Shown here: positions 1 through 16,606 of the stretch, piece by piece | Layout of the letters: the number at the start of each line of letters is the position of its first letter | How positions within the stretch are numbered: the first letter of the stretch is position 1 | Assembly (NCBI RefSeq): GCF_009914755.1 | Contig: NC_060947.1 | Length of the DNA stretch: 64,000 bases | Reading direction: 5' to 3' (one strand) | Origin: the human T2T-CHM13v2.0 reference genome, Homo sapiens | Notes under the pieces: model-generated | What the model was told of the DNA's origin: nothing | Seen by the model: the letters and a program-made list of their open reading frames with translations, nothing else | Database searches by the model: none | Position numbers and translations under genes: made by a program

Positions 1-523
1 TACACAGTCTTGGAAAGAAATCCCTGTGTCTCTGAAAGCCACTAATATAAATTTTAAAATTTCATACTGCTGTTACGTCATCCCTCTATTTTAGAGGTTG
101 ACTCATGACAAATGCTATTTTTCTTTTCCTGTGAAATATTTAGTTTACAACATTATATTTGAGGGTGGCAGATTTGAAAAGGTATATATATGAATAAGTT
201 AAGTAATGTTGATTTACCCCTTTTTGTGTGCTGAAAAGTATGCTATTCACTGTGTAGAGGCCCATGGACAAATGAATCTGCTTTCTAGTCCTGCGACACC
301 TACCAGCTTCTAGAAGACTTTGCATGGCTCTTGATACACAAAAGCCACTTTCCTATGTGGAAAGCAACCAGTGTACTGCCTCCAATTTGGAAGTGGGTGT
401 TTTTGCTATCAGTGTTTCAGTATGAAATGTATTCATTCAGTAAACCTTCTGCAATGCCTATATGTTTATGTAGTGTAACTGATTGATAGAGCATATGTAA
501 AGACCAAGTAAAAACTGGTTCTT

Positions 524-821
524 AGCCAGGCGCCGTGGCTCATGCCTGTAATCCCAGCACTTTGGGAGGCCGAGGTGGGCAGATCACAATGTCAGAAGTT
601 CGAGACCAGCCTGGCCAACATGGTGAAACCCCGTCTCTACCAAAAATACAAAATACAAAAATTGGCCAGCTGTGGTGGCGAGTGCCTATAGTCCCAGCTA
701 CTGGGGAGGCTGAGGCAGGAGAATTGCTTGAAACTGGAAAGTGGAGGTTGCAGGAGCCGAGATCATGCTACTGCACTCCAGCCTGGGCAACAAGAGCTAA
801 ACTCCATCTCAAAAAAAAAAA
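524..821 (+). mobile_element. Alu SINE (AluS-type)
   Basis: Dimeric Alu with A-rich linker and poly(A) 811-821; TSD aaaa(c/t)tggttctta at ~510-524 and ~817-831. Confidence 0.95.
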
Positions 822-1500
822 TTGGTTCTTATTCATAACCAACTCCTAGGAAAACAAAACAAACAAAAAGAATGTAAATTCTTAGCTATACTCTGCACAG
901 GGCGTATTTCCAGTGAAAGAGGGGAAAAGAGGGAGAGGAGATAAAAAATTTGATGGAGCAAGAGTAGAGGAAATAGGAGCAGGACTCACATCTGGAGGAA
1001 TGAATCCTTGTGACTATGAACATGCATGTCTGTGCTTGAAAATGCTGTTATTTGTGAGTTCAGAGGCGTGATTTCATATTCCGGCATGTTTATGCCTTTC
1101 ACCCAAACATTTAAATAATTGGATTAGCAATCTTATATTCATTCATTAATCTCCCCAGTTAATTTATTTTTAATCAATCACTTTTTACTTGTAAAGCCTA
1201 GGGGAATTTCTAAATTAATCCCACTGTGAGGACATTTCAGAAACTGAGAGATTATTAGAAAGGCATCAATTATGAAGCCAGGAATTCAGCAATACACTGG
1301 TACTAAAAGCTATTGACCAATGGGAGCTAGGTTAAAACAAAGTCCCCATGTTTCATGCATTGTGGTAGGCTCTGGGTTTGATAGGAACATTTAGGAACTT
1401 TGCAGGTGTCTCATGCAGAAAATCATGCAGGCATATCTTAACCCCACTGCCAGTGGTCTGTAAAGATTTGTCACAGTTATTTATCCGGGAGGTGTTTTAC

Positions 1501-1548
1501 ACTCACACACCCACACATGCACGTACACACACACACACACACACACAT
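1501..1548. repeat. (CA)n microsatellite, imperfect
   Basis: acacacac run seen directly. Confidence 0.9.
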
Positions 1549-2081
1549 CTCTTATAAATTAGAATCCTGGAATGCTGATTGAGTCACAGAGCTAGCTGGT
1601 GTTGGAGACTCTAAAGCCTCAAAGAATGTCTATCATACGAGTTTTCTATAATAAGTTATTTAGTTTAATTCAAAGCCACTGCCTGCCACTCCCCTGGCTT
1701 TGCTTGTCTGTTGTGGCCCCACAGGAGAATCCTGGAACTGAAATCTCTGCCTCATTTAAAGGGCAGGGACAGAAGGGGCAGCCCCAGCATCTGAGCCCTT
1801 CACACTGAGAATGACACCGTCTTACCTGGAAGTGTCCTCCATTGTTGCTGTCACACTTGAAGCTGCCTGTTCTCACAGCTACATTGTAATCAGTCTTCCC
1901 TACACAATATTTAGCATTCTCACCACTGTGCGTTTAGCTATACCTACTTTAATTTGCACCTTAGAGCTACGTAGGTTATGGCTGAGCCAAAAATGATTCT
2001 TCATCTTCTGCAGTGGTTTAGATAACGCAGTGCATCATTTTAGCCACAATAGATTTCATATAGTAATAACTTAAATACCTG

Positions 2082-2320
2082 TATATTCGTTTTCTATTGC
2101 TGCATAAAAAATTACCACACACTTAGTGGCTTAAAACAGCACACATTTATCACTTCCCAGTTTCCATAAGTCTGCCGTGGATCAACTGTGTTCTCTGCCT
2201 AGGGCTTTACAAGGCTGAAATCAAGTTGTCGTTCTCACAGACACACCCAGGATCATGTTTGCTCAAATGTCTGGGCACCCCATGGCCCAGTCATGCTGAC
2301 ACATAAAATTAACCATAACA
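2082..2320 (-). mobile_element. Fused, internally deleted MLT1/MLT2-type LTR remnants
   Basis: 2082-2230 resembles an MLT1 end (aaattaccacacacttagtggcttaaaacagcac); 2231-2320 resembles an MLT2-type end (ctcacagacacacccag...tgacacataaaattaaccataaca). Confidence 0.65.
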
Positions 2321-2619
2321 CCAAGCGTCTTGACACACTTTGTAAATTAACCATTATATTTTAATTCCCTTTGTATCTTAGTTAAATGATCTATTTCCCT
2401 GGTTTCATACCTATAAAATGGAGCTGTGAATAATTTTACTTTGTTAGTTGCATGTTTATTAATTAATTTTAAGGTTATATGTGTTAGTAGGCAAAAACGG
2501 TTAATCAGGAAGTTTATGTTTTTTACTACAAAAGGGAATTTTTATCAGGTGGCATGCAGACTTTTAATATTTATGAAATTTTACCACATAGCAAGTTCTT
2601 CTATAAGCTCTTTAAACGC

Positions 2620-2790
2620 TTTACCTCATTTGATTCAGCAACACACCATAAGTACCTTTGTTATCCCTATGTTCATAGGAAGACATTTCATATGAGACAC
2701 AGAGGCTAAGTAATTTATCCTAGATGACATCTTATAAGTGGCAGGCCCAGGATTGGAATCTATGGTTGTAGAACCAGTCTTCCTATCCAA
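2620..2790. mobile_element. MIR SINE remnant
   Basis: MIR core-like text gagacacagaggctaagtaatttatcc...ccaggattggaatc. Confidence 0.6.
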
Positions 2791-3292
2791 TTATTGTGAC
2801 CACATAATTTATTATTCAAAATATATGAAAGAGAGCAATATTAAAATTATGCCTCCACAATTGGCATACAACAGAAAAGTTAGACATATCAAGCCAATTG
2901 CTCACTCCGTGACAGTTTTTTTGCTTACACATGACAGAAAAATCTTACTTAGACTGGCTAATTCAAAAAGCAAGTTCATAATCTCACAGCATTTGTAACA
3001 CCCTCATGACATGACTTTTTCTCGCTCTACTATGTTATTCCTGTCAGCATACACACTGGTGTTATTTTTCCCTTGTTAAAAAAATGCAAGCACCAAAAAC
3101 CTGTTTACTTCACTCCTTTTACTTGCTTAGTGCTATTTATCTGTTCCCCTATTGCAAGCTTCCCACAGAGTGTCATCTACGGTCCAATACTGTGTCCAAT
3201 ATCTCTCTTTCTATTCTCTCTTAATGATACTTCAGCCAGGCCTACGCAGCTTCCACTAAACAGAAACTGTTCTTCTCAAGGTAACCATGACA

Positions 3293-4129
3293 GAGAGATT
3301 TTGTCACCACCAGGCCTCCCTTACAAGAGCTCCTGAAGGAAGCACTAAACATGGAAAGGAACAACCAGTACCAGCCACTGCAAAAACATGCCAAATTGTA
3401 AAGACCATCTATGCTAGGGAGAAACTGCATCAACTAACAAACAAAATAACCAGCTAACATCATAATGATAGGATCAAATTCACACATAACAATATTAACC
3501 TTAAACGTAAATGGGTTAAATGCTCCAATTAAAAGACACAGACTGGCAAATTGGATAAACAGTCAAGACCTATCTGTGTGCTATATACAGGAGACCCATC
3601 TCACGTGCAGAGACACATAGAGGCTCAAAATAAAGGGATGGAGGAAGATCTACCAAGCAAATGGAAAATGAAAAAAAAGCAGGGGTTGCAATCCTAGTCT
3701 CTGATAAAACAGACTTTAAACCAACAAAGATCAGAAGAGACAAGGCCATTACATAATGGCAAAAGGATCAATTCAACAAGAAGAGCTAACTATCCTAAAT
3801 ATATATGCACCCAATACAGGAGCACCCAGATTCATAAAGCAAGTCCTTAGAGATCTACAAAGAGACTTAGACTCCCACACAATAATGATGGGAGACTTTA
3901 ACACCCCACTGTCAATATTAGACAGATCAATGAGACAGAAAGTTAACAAGGATACCCAGGAATTGAACTCAGCTCTGCACCAAGCGGACCTAATAGGCAT
4001 CTACAGAACTCTCCATCCCAGATCAACAGAATGTACATTCTTCTCAGCACCACACCGCACTTATTCCAAAATTGACCACATAGTTGGAAGTAAAGCACTC
4101 CTCAGCAAATGTAAAAGAACAGAAATTAT
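3293..4129 (+). mobile_element. Internal L1PA fragment (ORF1 3' end, spacer, ORF2 endonuclease domain), no poly(A)
   Basis: ORF 3756-4178 encodes the L1 EN domain ([21 protein letters not shown]); both ends lie inside the L1 coding region; flanked by ATGACA at 3287-3292 and 4128-4133. Confidence 0.93.
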
Positions 4130-4186
4130 GACACCAATATTTCTAAATCGAGTGGCTATTTCACAGTCTTCTCCTTAACTGACCTA

Positions 4187-4505
<319 letters not shown>

Positions 4506-5817
4506 TTTGATAGAGTTGATAACTCCCTCTACTCGGAAGTCCTTTCTTTGCTGAGTTCCAGTAAAATACTCTCTTGGTTTTTCTGTGACCTCATTAGCTG
4601 TAACTCCTGAGTCCCCTTGGCTGATTCTCTTCCTTTCCTCATGACCTCTTGACATTGAAGTGCCTCAGAAGTCAATCCTTGGTCTCTCTCTCTTCTCTGC
4701 CTACACTCATTACCTTGGTGATCTTTTCCAGTATTGTGGTGTCTTATGTGATCTACACTCTCATCACTGTCCAGTTTAGATAGCTGACCTAGATTCCACA
4801 GTCTATTTCCAATTACCCACCTGGCAAGTACACATGCATGTTAAATAAACATTTTGATTTTAACTGTGTAAAAATTGGATTTATTTCATTCCCCTGATTT
4901 CATCTACTTTCATTCTTTCTCATCTCAGTTAAAGTTAACATTATCTTTTCAGATGCTCGCTTAGAAACAGTGGTGTCAATCTTGGCATTAAATTCATCCA
5001 GAAATACTGTTGGGCCTGCATTCTAAATATATTGAGAATGTGAGCAATTTTGCCCCCCTACCACTTCATTGTAAGCCACTACAATTTCTTGCCTGGATGG
5101 CAATAACATTTTTACTGGTTCATCTCCCTGTACCTTTGTTTCTAATGATTAGTCTCATCCCAGCAGCCAGAGGTATCCTTTTGAAACCTATGTTGGATCA
5201 TGCCACTCCTCTGTCATTGTTCTCCATCTCATTGAGAGAGAAAAAAATATCAAACCATTTGCATGGGCTTCAAGTTCCTATGTGATCTGATACTCTGTTA
5301 CTTCTCTAAAATCCAACAACTCCCCCACTAGATCCCACTACATCAACCCTACCTATAAAAATCATACTTTCAACTAAAGACTTTTTACTGGCTGTACTCT
5401 CTGCCTGTTATTCTTCCTCCACATACTTAATAGCTCGTTCCATCAACTTCATTAGATTTTGCTGAAATATCACATTGTGAGGGAGCCCTATCCTCTGCAA
5501 CGTCCAGCCCTATCCAACTTCTCAACCTTCCAGATCTTTCTTTTTTTTTTAATTTTTTATTGTTTTTTTTTTTTTAAGTTTTAGCTGTATCTTATTTATT
5601 TATGTATTATTATTATACTTTAAGTTTTAGGGTACATGTGCACAATGTGCAGGTTAGTTACATATGTATACATGTGCCATGCTGGTGCGCTGCACCCACT
5701 AACTCGTCATCTAGCATTAGGTATATCTCCCAATGCTATCCCTCCCCCCTTCCCCCCACCCCACAACAGTCTCCAGAGTGTGATGTTCCCCTTCCTGTGT
5801 CCATGTGTTCTCATTGT

Positions 5818-9645
<3,828 letters not shown>

Positions 9646-9708
9646 TATGATGTTAGCTGGTTATTTTGCTCATTATTTGATGCAGTTTCTTCCTAGTCTC
9701 GATGGTCT

Positions 9709-10725
9709 TTACATTTTGGCATGATTTTGCAGTGGCTGGTACTGGTTGTTCCTTTCCATGTTTAGTGCTTCCTTCAGGAGCTCTTTTAGGGCAGACCTGG
9801 TGGTGACAAAATCTGTCAGCATTTGCTTGTCTGTAAAGGATTTTATTTCTCCTTCACTTATGAAGCTTAGTTTGGCTGGATATGAAATTCTGGGTTGAAA
9901 ATTCTTTTCTTTAAGAATGTTGAAAATTGGCCCCCACTCTCTTCTGGCTTGTAGAGTTTCTGCCAAGAGATCCGCTCTTAGTCTGATGGGCTTCCCTTTG
10001 AGGGTAACCCGACCTTTCTCTCTGGTTGCCCTTAACATTTTTTCCTTCATTTCAAGTTTGGTGAATCTGACAATTATGTGTCTTGGAGTTGCTCTTCTCG
10101 AGGAGTATCTTTGTGGCGTTCTCCGTATTTCCTGAATCTGAATGTTGGCCTGCCTTGCTAGATTGGGGAAGTTCTCCTGGATAATATCCTGCAGAGTGTT
10201 TTCCAACTTGGTTCCATTCTCCCCGTCACTTTCAGGTACACCAATCAGACATAGATTTGGTCTTTTCACATAGTCCCATATTTCTTGGAGGGTTTGTTCT
10301 TTTCTTTTTATTCTTTTTTCTCTAAACTTCCCTTCTCGCTTCATTTCATTCATTTCATCTTCCATCGTTGATACTCTTTCTTCCAATTGGTCACATCGGC
10401 TCCTGAGGCTTCTGCATTCTTCACGTAGTTCTCGAGCCTTGGTTTTCAGCTCCATCAGCTCCTTTAAGCACTTCTCTGCATTGGTTATTCTAGTTATACA
10501 TTCTTCTAAATTTTTTTCGAAGTTTTCAACTTCGTTGCCTTTGGTTTGAATGTCCTCCCGTAGCTTGGAGTAATTTGATCGTCTGAAGCCTTCTTCTCTC
10601 AGCTCATCAAAGTCATTCTCCGTCCAGCTTTGTTCCGTTGCTAGTGAGGAACTGCGTTCCTTTGGAGGAGGAGTGGCGCTCTGCTTTTTAGGGTTTCCAG
10701 TTTTTCTGCTCTGTTTTTTCCCCAT
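9709..10725 (-). CDS. L1 ORF1p, full-length 338 aa (coiled coil, RRM, CTD)
   Basis: Uninterrupted 338-aa ORF MGKKQSRKTG...QNHAKM with REKG, ARR and YPAKLS motifs; carries R159C. Expression unknown. Confidence 0.9.
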   Translation of the reverse strand: MGKKQSRKTGNPKKQSATPPPKERSSSLATEQSWTENDFDELREEGFRRSNYSKLREDIQTKGNEVENFEKNLEECITRITNAEKCLKELMELKTKARELREECRSLRSRCDQLEERVSTMEDEMNEMKREGKFREKRIKRKEQTLQEIWDYVKRPNLCLIGVPESDGENGTKLENTLQDIIQENFPNLARQANIQIQEIRRTPQRYSSRRATPRHIIVRFTKLEMKEKMLRATREKGRVTLKGKPIRLRADLLAETLQARREWGPIFNILKEKNFQPRISYPAKLSFISEGEIKSFTDKQMLTDFVTTRSALKELLKEALNMERNNQYQPLQNHAKM

Positions 10726-11627
10726 CTTTGTGGTTTTATGTACTTTTGGTCTTTGATGATAGTGATGTACAGATGGGTATTTGATGTGGATGTCCTTTCT
10801 GTTTGTTAGTTTTCCTTCTAACAGACAGGACCCTCAGCTGCAGGTCTGTTTTAGTACCCGGCCATGTGAGGGGTCAGTCTGCCCCTGCTGGGGGGTGCCT
10901 CCCAGTTAGGCTGCTGAGGGGTCAGGGGTCAGGGACCCACTTGAGGAGGCAATCTGCCCGTTCTCAGATCTCCAGCTGCATGCTGGGAGAACCACTGCTC
11001 TCTTCAAAGCTGTCAGACAGGGACATTTAAGTCTGCGGAGGTTACTGCTGTCTTTTTGTTTGTCTGTGCCCTGCCCCCAGAGGTGGAGCCTACAGAGGCT
11101 GGCAGGCCTCCTTGAGCTGTGGTGGGCTCCACCCAGTTCGAGCTTCCCCACTGCTTTGTTTACCTAAGCAAGCCTGGGCAATGGCAGCCGCCCCTCTCCC
11201 AGCCTCGCTGCCACCTTGCAGTTTGATCTCAGACTGCTGTGCTAGCAATCGGCGAGACTCCGTGGGCATAGGACCCTCCAAGCCATGTGCGGGATATAAT
11301 CTCCTGGTGCGCCATTTTTTAAGCCCATTGGAAAAGCGCAGTATTGGGGTGGGAGTGACCCGATTTTCCAGGTGCCATCTGTCAACCCGTTCTTTGACTA
11401 GGAAAGAGAACTCCGTGACCCCTTGCACTTCCCATGTGAGGCAATACCTCGCCCTCTTCGGCTCGCTCACAGTGCGCGCACTGACCTGCGCCCATTGTTT
11501 GGCACTCCCTTGTGAGATGAACCTGGGACCTCAGATGGAAATGCAGAAATCACCTGTCTTCTGCGTCGCTCACGCTGGGAGCTGTAGACCAGAGCTGTTC
11601 CTATTCGGCCATCTTGGCTCCTCCCCC
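10726..11627 (-). promoter_or_regulatory. L1 #1 5'UTR internal sense and antisense promoter with YY1 site
   Basis: YY1 core CAAGATGGCC intact (ggccatcttgg ~11607-11617); promoter function is established for L1 5'UTRs; many CpGs have decayed. Confidence 0.75.
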
Positions 11628-11630
11628 TAG
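11181..11630 (+). CDS. L1 antisense ORF0 homolog, extended to 149 aa (putative)
   Basis: ATG at 11181 begins MAAAPLPASLPPCSLISDCCASN..., matching the ORF0 N-terminus; frame is open to TAG 11628-11630. Confidence 0.55.
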   Translation: MAAAPLPASLPPCSLISDCCASNRRDSVGIGPSKPCAGYNLLVRHFLSPLEKRSIGVGVTRFSRCHLSTRSLTRKENSVTPCTSHVRQYLALFGSLTVRALTCAHCLALPCEMNLGPQMEMQKSPVFCVAHAGSCRPELFLFGHLGSSP

Positions 11631-11864
11631 CTGTTGTTTCCTACAGATCTTTCTTAACTTCCTCTAATTTTTTCCATGCTGTTATAATCTTCTGACATAC
11701 AGTAGGATGTAATTATTCATTTTATTTACTGTTTGTATAATTACATGGAAATATGAGTTCCATGAGGGTAGACACAGTTCTCTGCTTTATTTGCTGTAGT
11801 ATCTTTAGGGCCCTCAATCGTGCCCGTAGTTAGTTATTCTTCATTAAATATTTGGTCTATTTCC

Positions 11865-12260
11865 AAACCAGACTGGAAGTCAAAAGTAGGTGGATTCCAT
11901 ACATGGGGAACTCTGGCTCTAGGATGCCATGAAGAGTTCAGATTTTTTTCCTCTCTTCTTCGCCACTCTCAGTGTCCTTAACATGCTGGTCTCAAGACGG
12001 CTGAAGCACTTTTAGGTCTCTGATCTGGGCATGGTAATGTTTACAGACAGAAAGGAATATATCTTCCAATGTGCCTTTTCAAAGAGACAAGACCCATGAC
12101 ATAGTACTTCCCAGAAGATATCCCCACAGTCAACTCCAACGTATGGGACTGAATTAGGTCACGTGCCCATTTCAAAACCAGTGAATTTCAAGAATATTGA
12201 CTGGCTTAGATAAACAGGAGACAGAATGGATGTTGGGGAGTCAATCACAATGTCCACTGA
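11865..12260. mobile_element. Old MLT1 (ERVL-MaLR) LTR remnant
   Basis: MLT1-like text ggtctcaagacggctg, aggtcacgtgcccatt, ggatgttggggagtcaa. Confidence 0.5.
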
Positions 12261-12286
12261 AACACATCAGTGCCCTGGTGTGATTG

Positions 12287-12297
12287 GATGTGTGTGC

Positions 12298-12339
<42 letters not shown>
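12287..12339. repeat. (TG)n microsatellite
   Basis: About 20 perfect TG units seen directly. Confidence 0.95.
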
Positions 12340-12342
<3 letters not shown>

Positions 12343-15300
12343 AACCTGAAAATGAGCTGATTTCTGGAACATAAATGTTACAAAATGAAAAGAAATAGAT
12401 TAGGGTAATTAATCAGTTTGATTAAGGTTATTAATTGGTTTAAGGTAATTAAGATGGGAAAGAGCTGACATCTTGCATGGATACATTTTTGTCTGTTAAT
12501 GGTATGAGACTAGCATCATTCAATATTTCCATCTCATACTAGGTAATGCTTTGACAGTGGGACCAGAAATCATGTAGAGACTTGTTTTTCCCACACAATG
12601 CCTATGTGGGTATTTCCAGAATTTCCTTTCACGGATGACTGACAAACCCCCTCCTGACTGATACATTCTTCATGTAGCCATATTAATACCTTTATTCAAA
12701 TCTTAGTGTTTCTTTGACCTGGAATCAATCTTATTCTTTTTTCTTGGTTTCAGCTTAAAGTGCATAAAACGGATATACAAAGATAAATAATGAATAATTA
12801 TAAAGTGAAAACCTGTGTAACCACAACCCAAAACAGTGAAATCAAATATTGATAAAACCCTGGAACCCATTATGTCCGCATCCCTAACCACCACTGTCTA
12901 TCTCCTCAATAGAGGTTCCCACCATCCTGCTCATTGTTTAGAATCTCTACTTTGCTGCTCATTAGAGGTTTGATACTCATTATAGCTTTGCCACCTATGT
13001 AAACAACTAAAGTACCTTGTTCAGTTTGTCACAGTTTTATAAAATCACATCTCTGCTCAGAGTTTTTACAGTACATTTAAATAATAACCTTATTTAACTT
13101 GGTTATGGAGGCTTTCAGAAATGTTTAAAAGCAAACTCTCTTTCCACATTAAAGGGACAACAGATATTCCTTGGGTACCTACTGTGTGCTTAGGAGTGAA
13201 GAAAGTACTGGAGTATCCATGAGAGCTAAATTGTGCTGTCTACCTTCACTGAGATTAGAGTCTAGTTGAAAAGATAGTGCCTAATAATAGTGTACAGTGT
13301 TAGAACTGAATATAGTTCAGTTATGCAGCAAGGCCATGGGTATTGCAATGAGGCATTCCATGTACCACCTCTTATTGGCTCTGTAACTCTGGGAAAGTCT
13401 CTGCACCTTTCTGAGCCTGTGTATTCACTTTGAAAAGAGAGAGAGATTTAAAAGCTGCTCCCTAGGATTGTTGTGCATGGTATATTGTAGCCTCTAAATG
13501 AATGGCAGATATTTTACTATGGTACATTGGGCTAGTCAGAAGGAAGGCTGAAAATAATTAAATTCCCACTGAACATATATATTTAGCTCATATAGAAGCC
13601 TAGGCACCTTAGTACACTCTAGATGTTAGAGTGAGGATATTTGGCTCCAGGAACACACATAGGCAGCTAAGTGGAATGGTAAGAGACTAGATATTAAGAT
13701 CAGAAATGTTTGGGCCAATAATTTTAATAAGGATGAAAGGTATCCTTTGTTGAGTAATTAATTATATGACTCTCAAAACTTAGAATCTTACCTCTGGTAG
13801 GCACCTCAGAGACATGGTTAGACCTGAGTCCTTGGAACCAGAACTGTCTAATCAAATGTTGTCCTCTATAAACAAGAAAGAATTTAAAAATCAATGAGAG
13901 TTAACTTTTAATGTGTATTCGCCCTGTCCAAATATTGCTGAAAACATGTGCATCATCTCGTTTAATCCTTACCATGGCCCTAGGACATAGGCAAGCTCAA
14001 TGATTATCCTTTCTTACAGATCAAAAACTTTGAATTCAGAAATTATTCATAATGTTTCTGCTATCACACAGCTGATAAATGAAGTAGCCACAAATTTATT
14101 CTAGTTGTTATTCAGAGCTCACATTACTTTCCTTGGGGGAGGTACTTTTTTTCTGAGATAATTTCAAACTTGCTTACAAAAAAAGTTGCAAGAATGAGAC
14201 AAAGAACCTCCTTTTGTACTTCTCCCTAATACCTCCACAGTTAACATTTGACATATTTTTACACTTGCTCTCTGTCTCTGTCTCTCTCAATACACAGATG
14301 CATAAGCACAGACACATTTTCATATATGTATTCTAAACCATTTGAGAGTGAGCTAGAGACATGTTCTTTTACTCCTAAATGCTTCAGTGTTATTTCCTGA
14401 GAATAAGGACATTGTCTTACATAAACAGTATAATTATCAAAATGTTATCTTTATTAACATTGAAACAATACTATTATCTATCTCATGTACAAATTTTATT
14501 CAAAAGTGACCAGTTATCCCAATAATGTCATTTACAGAGTTTTCTAATTTTCTGATCTATGATCCCTCTAGTGTCATGTGTTTTATGTAGTTGTTACTTC
14601 ACTTTAGTCTTTTTTATTTTTATTTTTTATAATTTTAACTCACTATAGTCTTCTTTAGTTTTGAACAAGTCCTCAGATTTTCTTTGTCTTTCATGACCAA
14701 AACAGTTCTTTAATGTGTGGGCTATTTACTAGAGTGTCCTTTAATTTCGGTTTGCCTGGTTTTCTATCCTCATGATTAGATTCAATTTATACATTTTTGT
14801 CTGGAATAGCACAAAATGATAGTATTTTCTTCTCAATGCATTACATCTGTTGGCAAAGTACTTATTTATTCCATAACTGGTAATGTCAAATTTAATCACT
14901 TAATTAATGTTGTATTCAGCAGGTTATGTCAAGTAAAGTTACTATATTTTCTTTGAAATTGAAGTATTCTGTGGTGAGATACTTGGATACTGTGGACATA
15001 TCCTGTCTTGTCATCCACTAATACTTCTGCCTGAGTCCACTAATGCATAACTGTTGGAAAATGATGTCTTTCTATAATAACACTTTCTTTTCCTACTTAA
15101 AAATATATTTATTTATTTAATCAACAAATAAAAATCATATATATGAATCATGTATAACATGATGTTTTGAAATATGTATACATTGTGGAATGGCTAAAAT
15201 GAGCTCCTTAACATATATATTACCTCTCATACTTATTATTTCTTGTGGGGAGAACACAAAATCTACTCTCAGTGATTTTCAAGAATACAATACAGTGTTA

Positions 15301-15559
15301 TTAACCATAGTCACCATAACGTACAGTGGGTCTCTTGAACTTATTCCTCCTATCTAACTGAAAATTTGGATCCTTGATGAACTGCTCACCAACCACCTCC
15401 TCTCAATTTCCTGGTAGCTAGGATTCTACTCTCTCCTTCCACGAGTTCAACCTTTTTAGATTCCTCACATAAATAAGATCATGCGGTCTTTGTATTTCCC
15501 TGCCTGGGTTACTTCCGTTTACACAATGTCATCCAGGTTGTCGCAAATGACAGGATGTC

Positions 15560-15858
15560 TTTTGTTTTTGTTTTTTAGAGACAGGGTTTCACTTTGTCAC
15601 CCAGGCTGCAGTGCAGTGATGCGATCATGGCTCACCGTATCCTTGACCTCTGGGACCCAAGGGATTGTCCCAACTCAACCTCCTGAGTAGCTGGGACCAA
15701 AGGCATGTGCCACTATGCCACATTAATTTTTATTTTTTTGTGGAGACAGGGTTTCACTATGTCACCCAGGCTGTTCTCGAATTCCTGGGCTCAAGCCATC
15801 CTCCCACCTCAGCCTCCCAAAGTGCTGGGAGTACTGGCATGCATCATCATGCTCAGGC
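15560..15858 (-). mobile_element. Alu SINE (AluJ-like)
   Basis: Antisense Alu with J-type text ctcaagccatcctcccacctcagcc. Confidence 0.9.
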
Positions 15859-16055
15859 AGGATTTCCTTCTTTTTTAAGGCTCAATAGAATTCCGTTATC
15901 TCCTACCTTTTCTTGATTCATTCACCTGCTGAGGGACATTTAGTTTTATTCCATATCTTAACTGTTTTGAATAGTGCTGCAATGAACACAGGAGTCATGA
16001 GAGCCTTTCAACATTTAATAAGTTGGCATTGTACTGTCATGAAGAGTTTTCCCAT

Positions 16056-16606
16056 TGTATTTGTCAGAGTTCTCTAGAGGGATGGAAGTAATAGGATATA
16101 TGCCTATATGAAAGGGAGTTTATTAAGGAGAATTGATTCACACGATCACAATGTAAAGTCCCATGATAGGCGGTCTGCAAGTTGAGGAAGCCAGTGGTGG
16201 ATCAGTCTGAATCCCAAAACCTCAAAAGTAGGGAAGCCAACAGTGCAGCCTTCAGTCTGTGGCCAAAGACGGGAGAGAACCTGGCAAACCAGTGGTGTAA
16301 GTCCAAGAGTCCAAAAGCTGAAGAACTTGGAGTTTGATGTTCCAGGGCAGGAAGCACCAACAGGGGAGAAAGATGAAGGCCAGAAGACTCAGGAAGTCTG
16401 CTCTTCCATCTTCTCCTGCCTGTTTTATTATAGTCATACTGGCAGTTGATTATACGGTGCCCACCCAGATTGAGAGTGGGTCTGCCTTTCCCAGCCCACT
16501 GACTCAAATGTTAATCTCCTTTGGCAACACCCTCACAGACAGACCCAGGAACAATACTTAGCATCATTCAATCCAATCAAGTTCACAGTCAATATTAACC
16601 ATCACA
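16056..16606 (-). mobile_element. MLT2A (ERV-L) solo LTR
   Basis: tgtatttgtcagagttctctagaggg...caatccaatcaagtt...aatattaaccatcaca; 5-bp TSD cccat/cccaa. Confidence 0.88.

Noticed and set aside
535-849. Alu-derived ORFs (also 4184-4474, 17061-17423, 21450-21776, 23136-23423, 54015-54374, 55936-56328, 58593-58886, 60807-61202)
   Set aside because: These are translations of Alu sequence ([26 protein letters not shown]), not genes.
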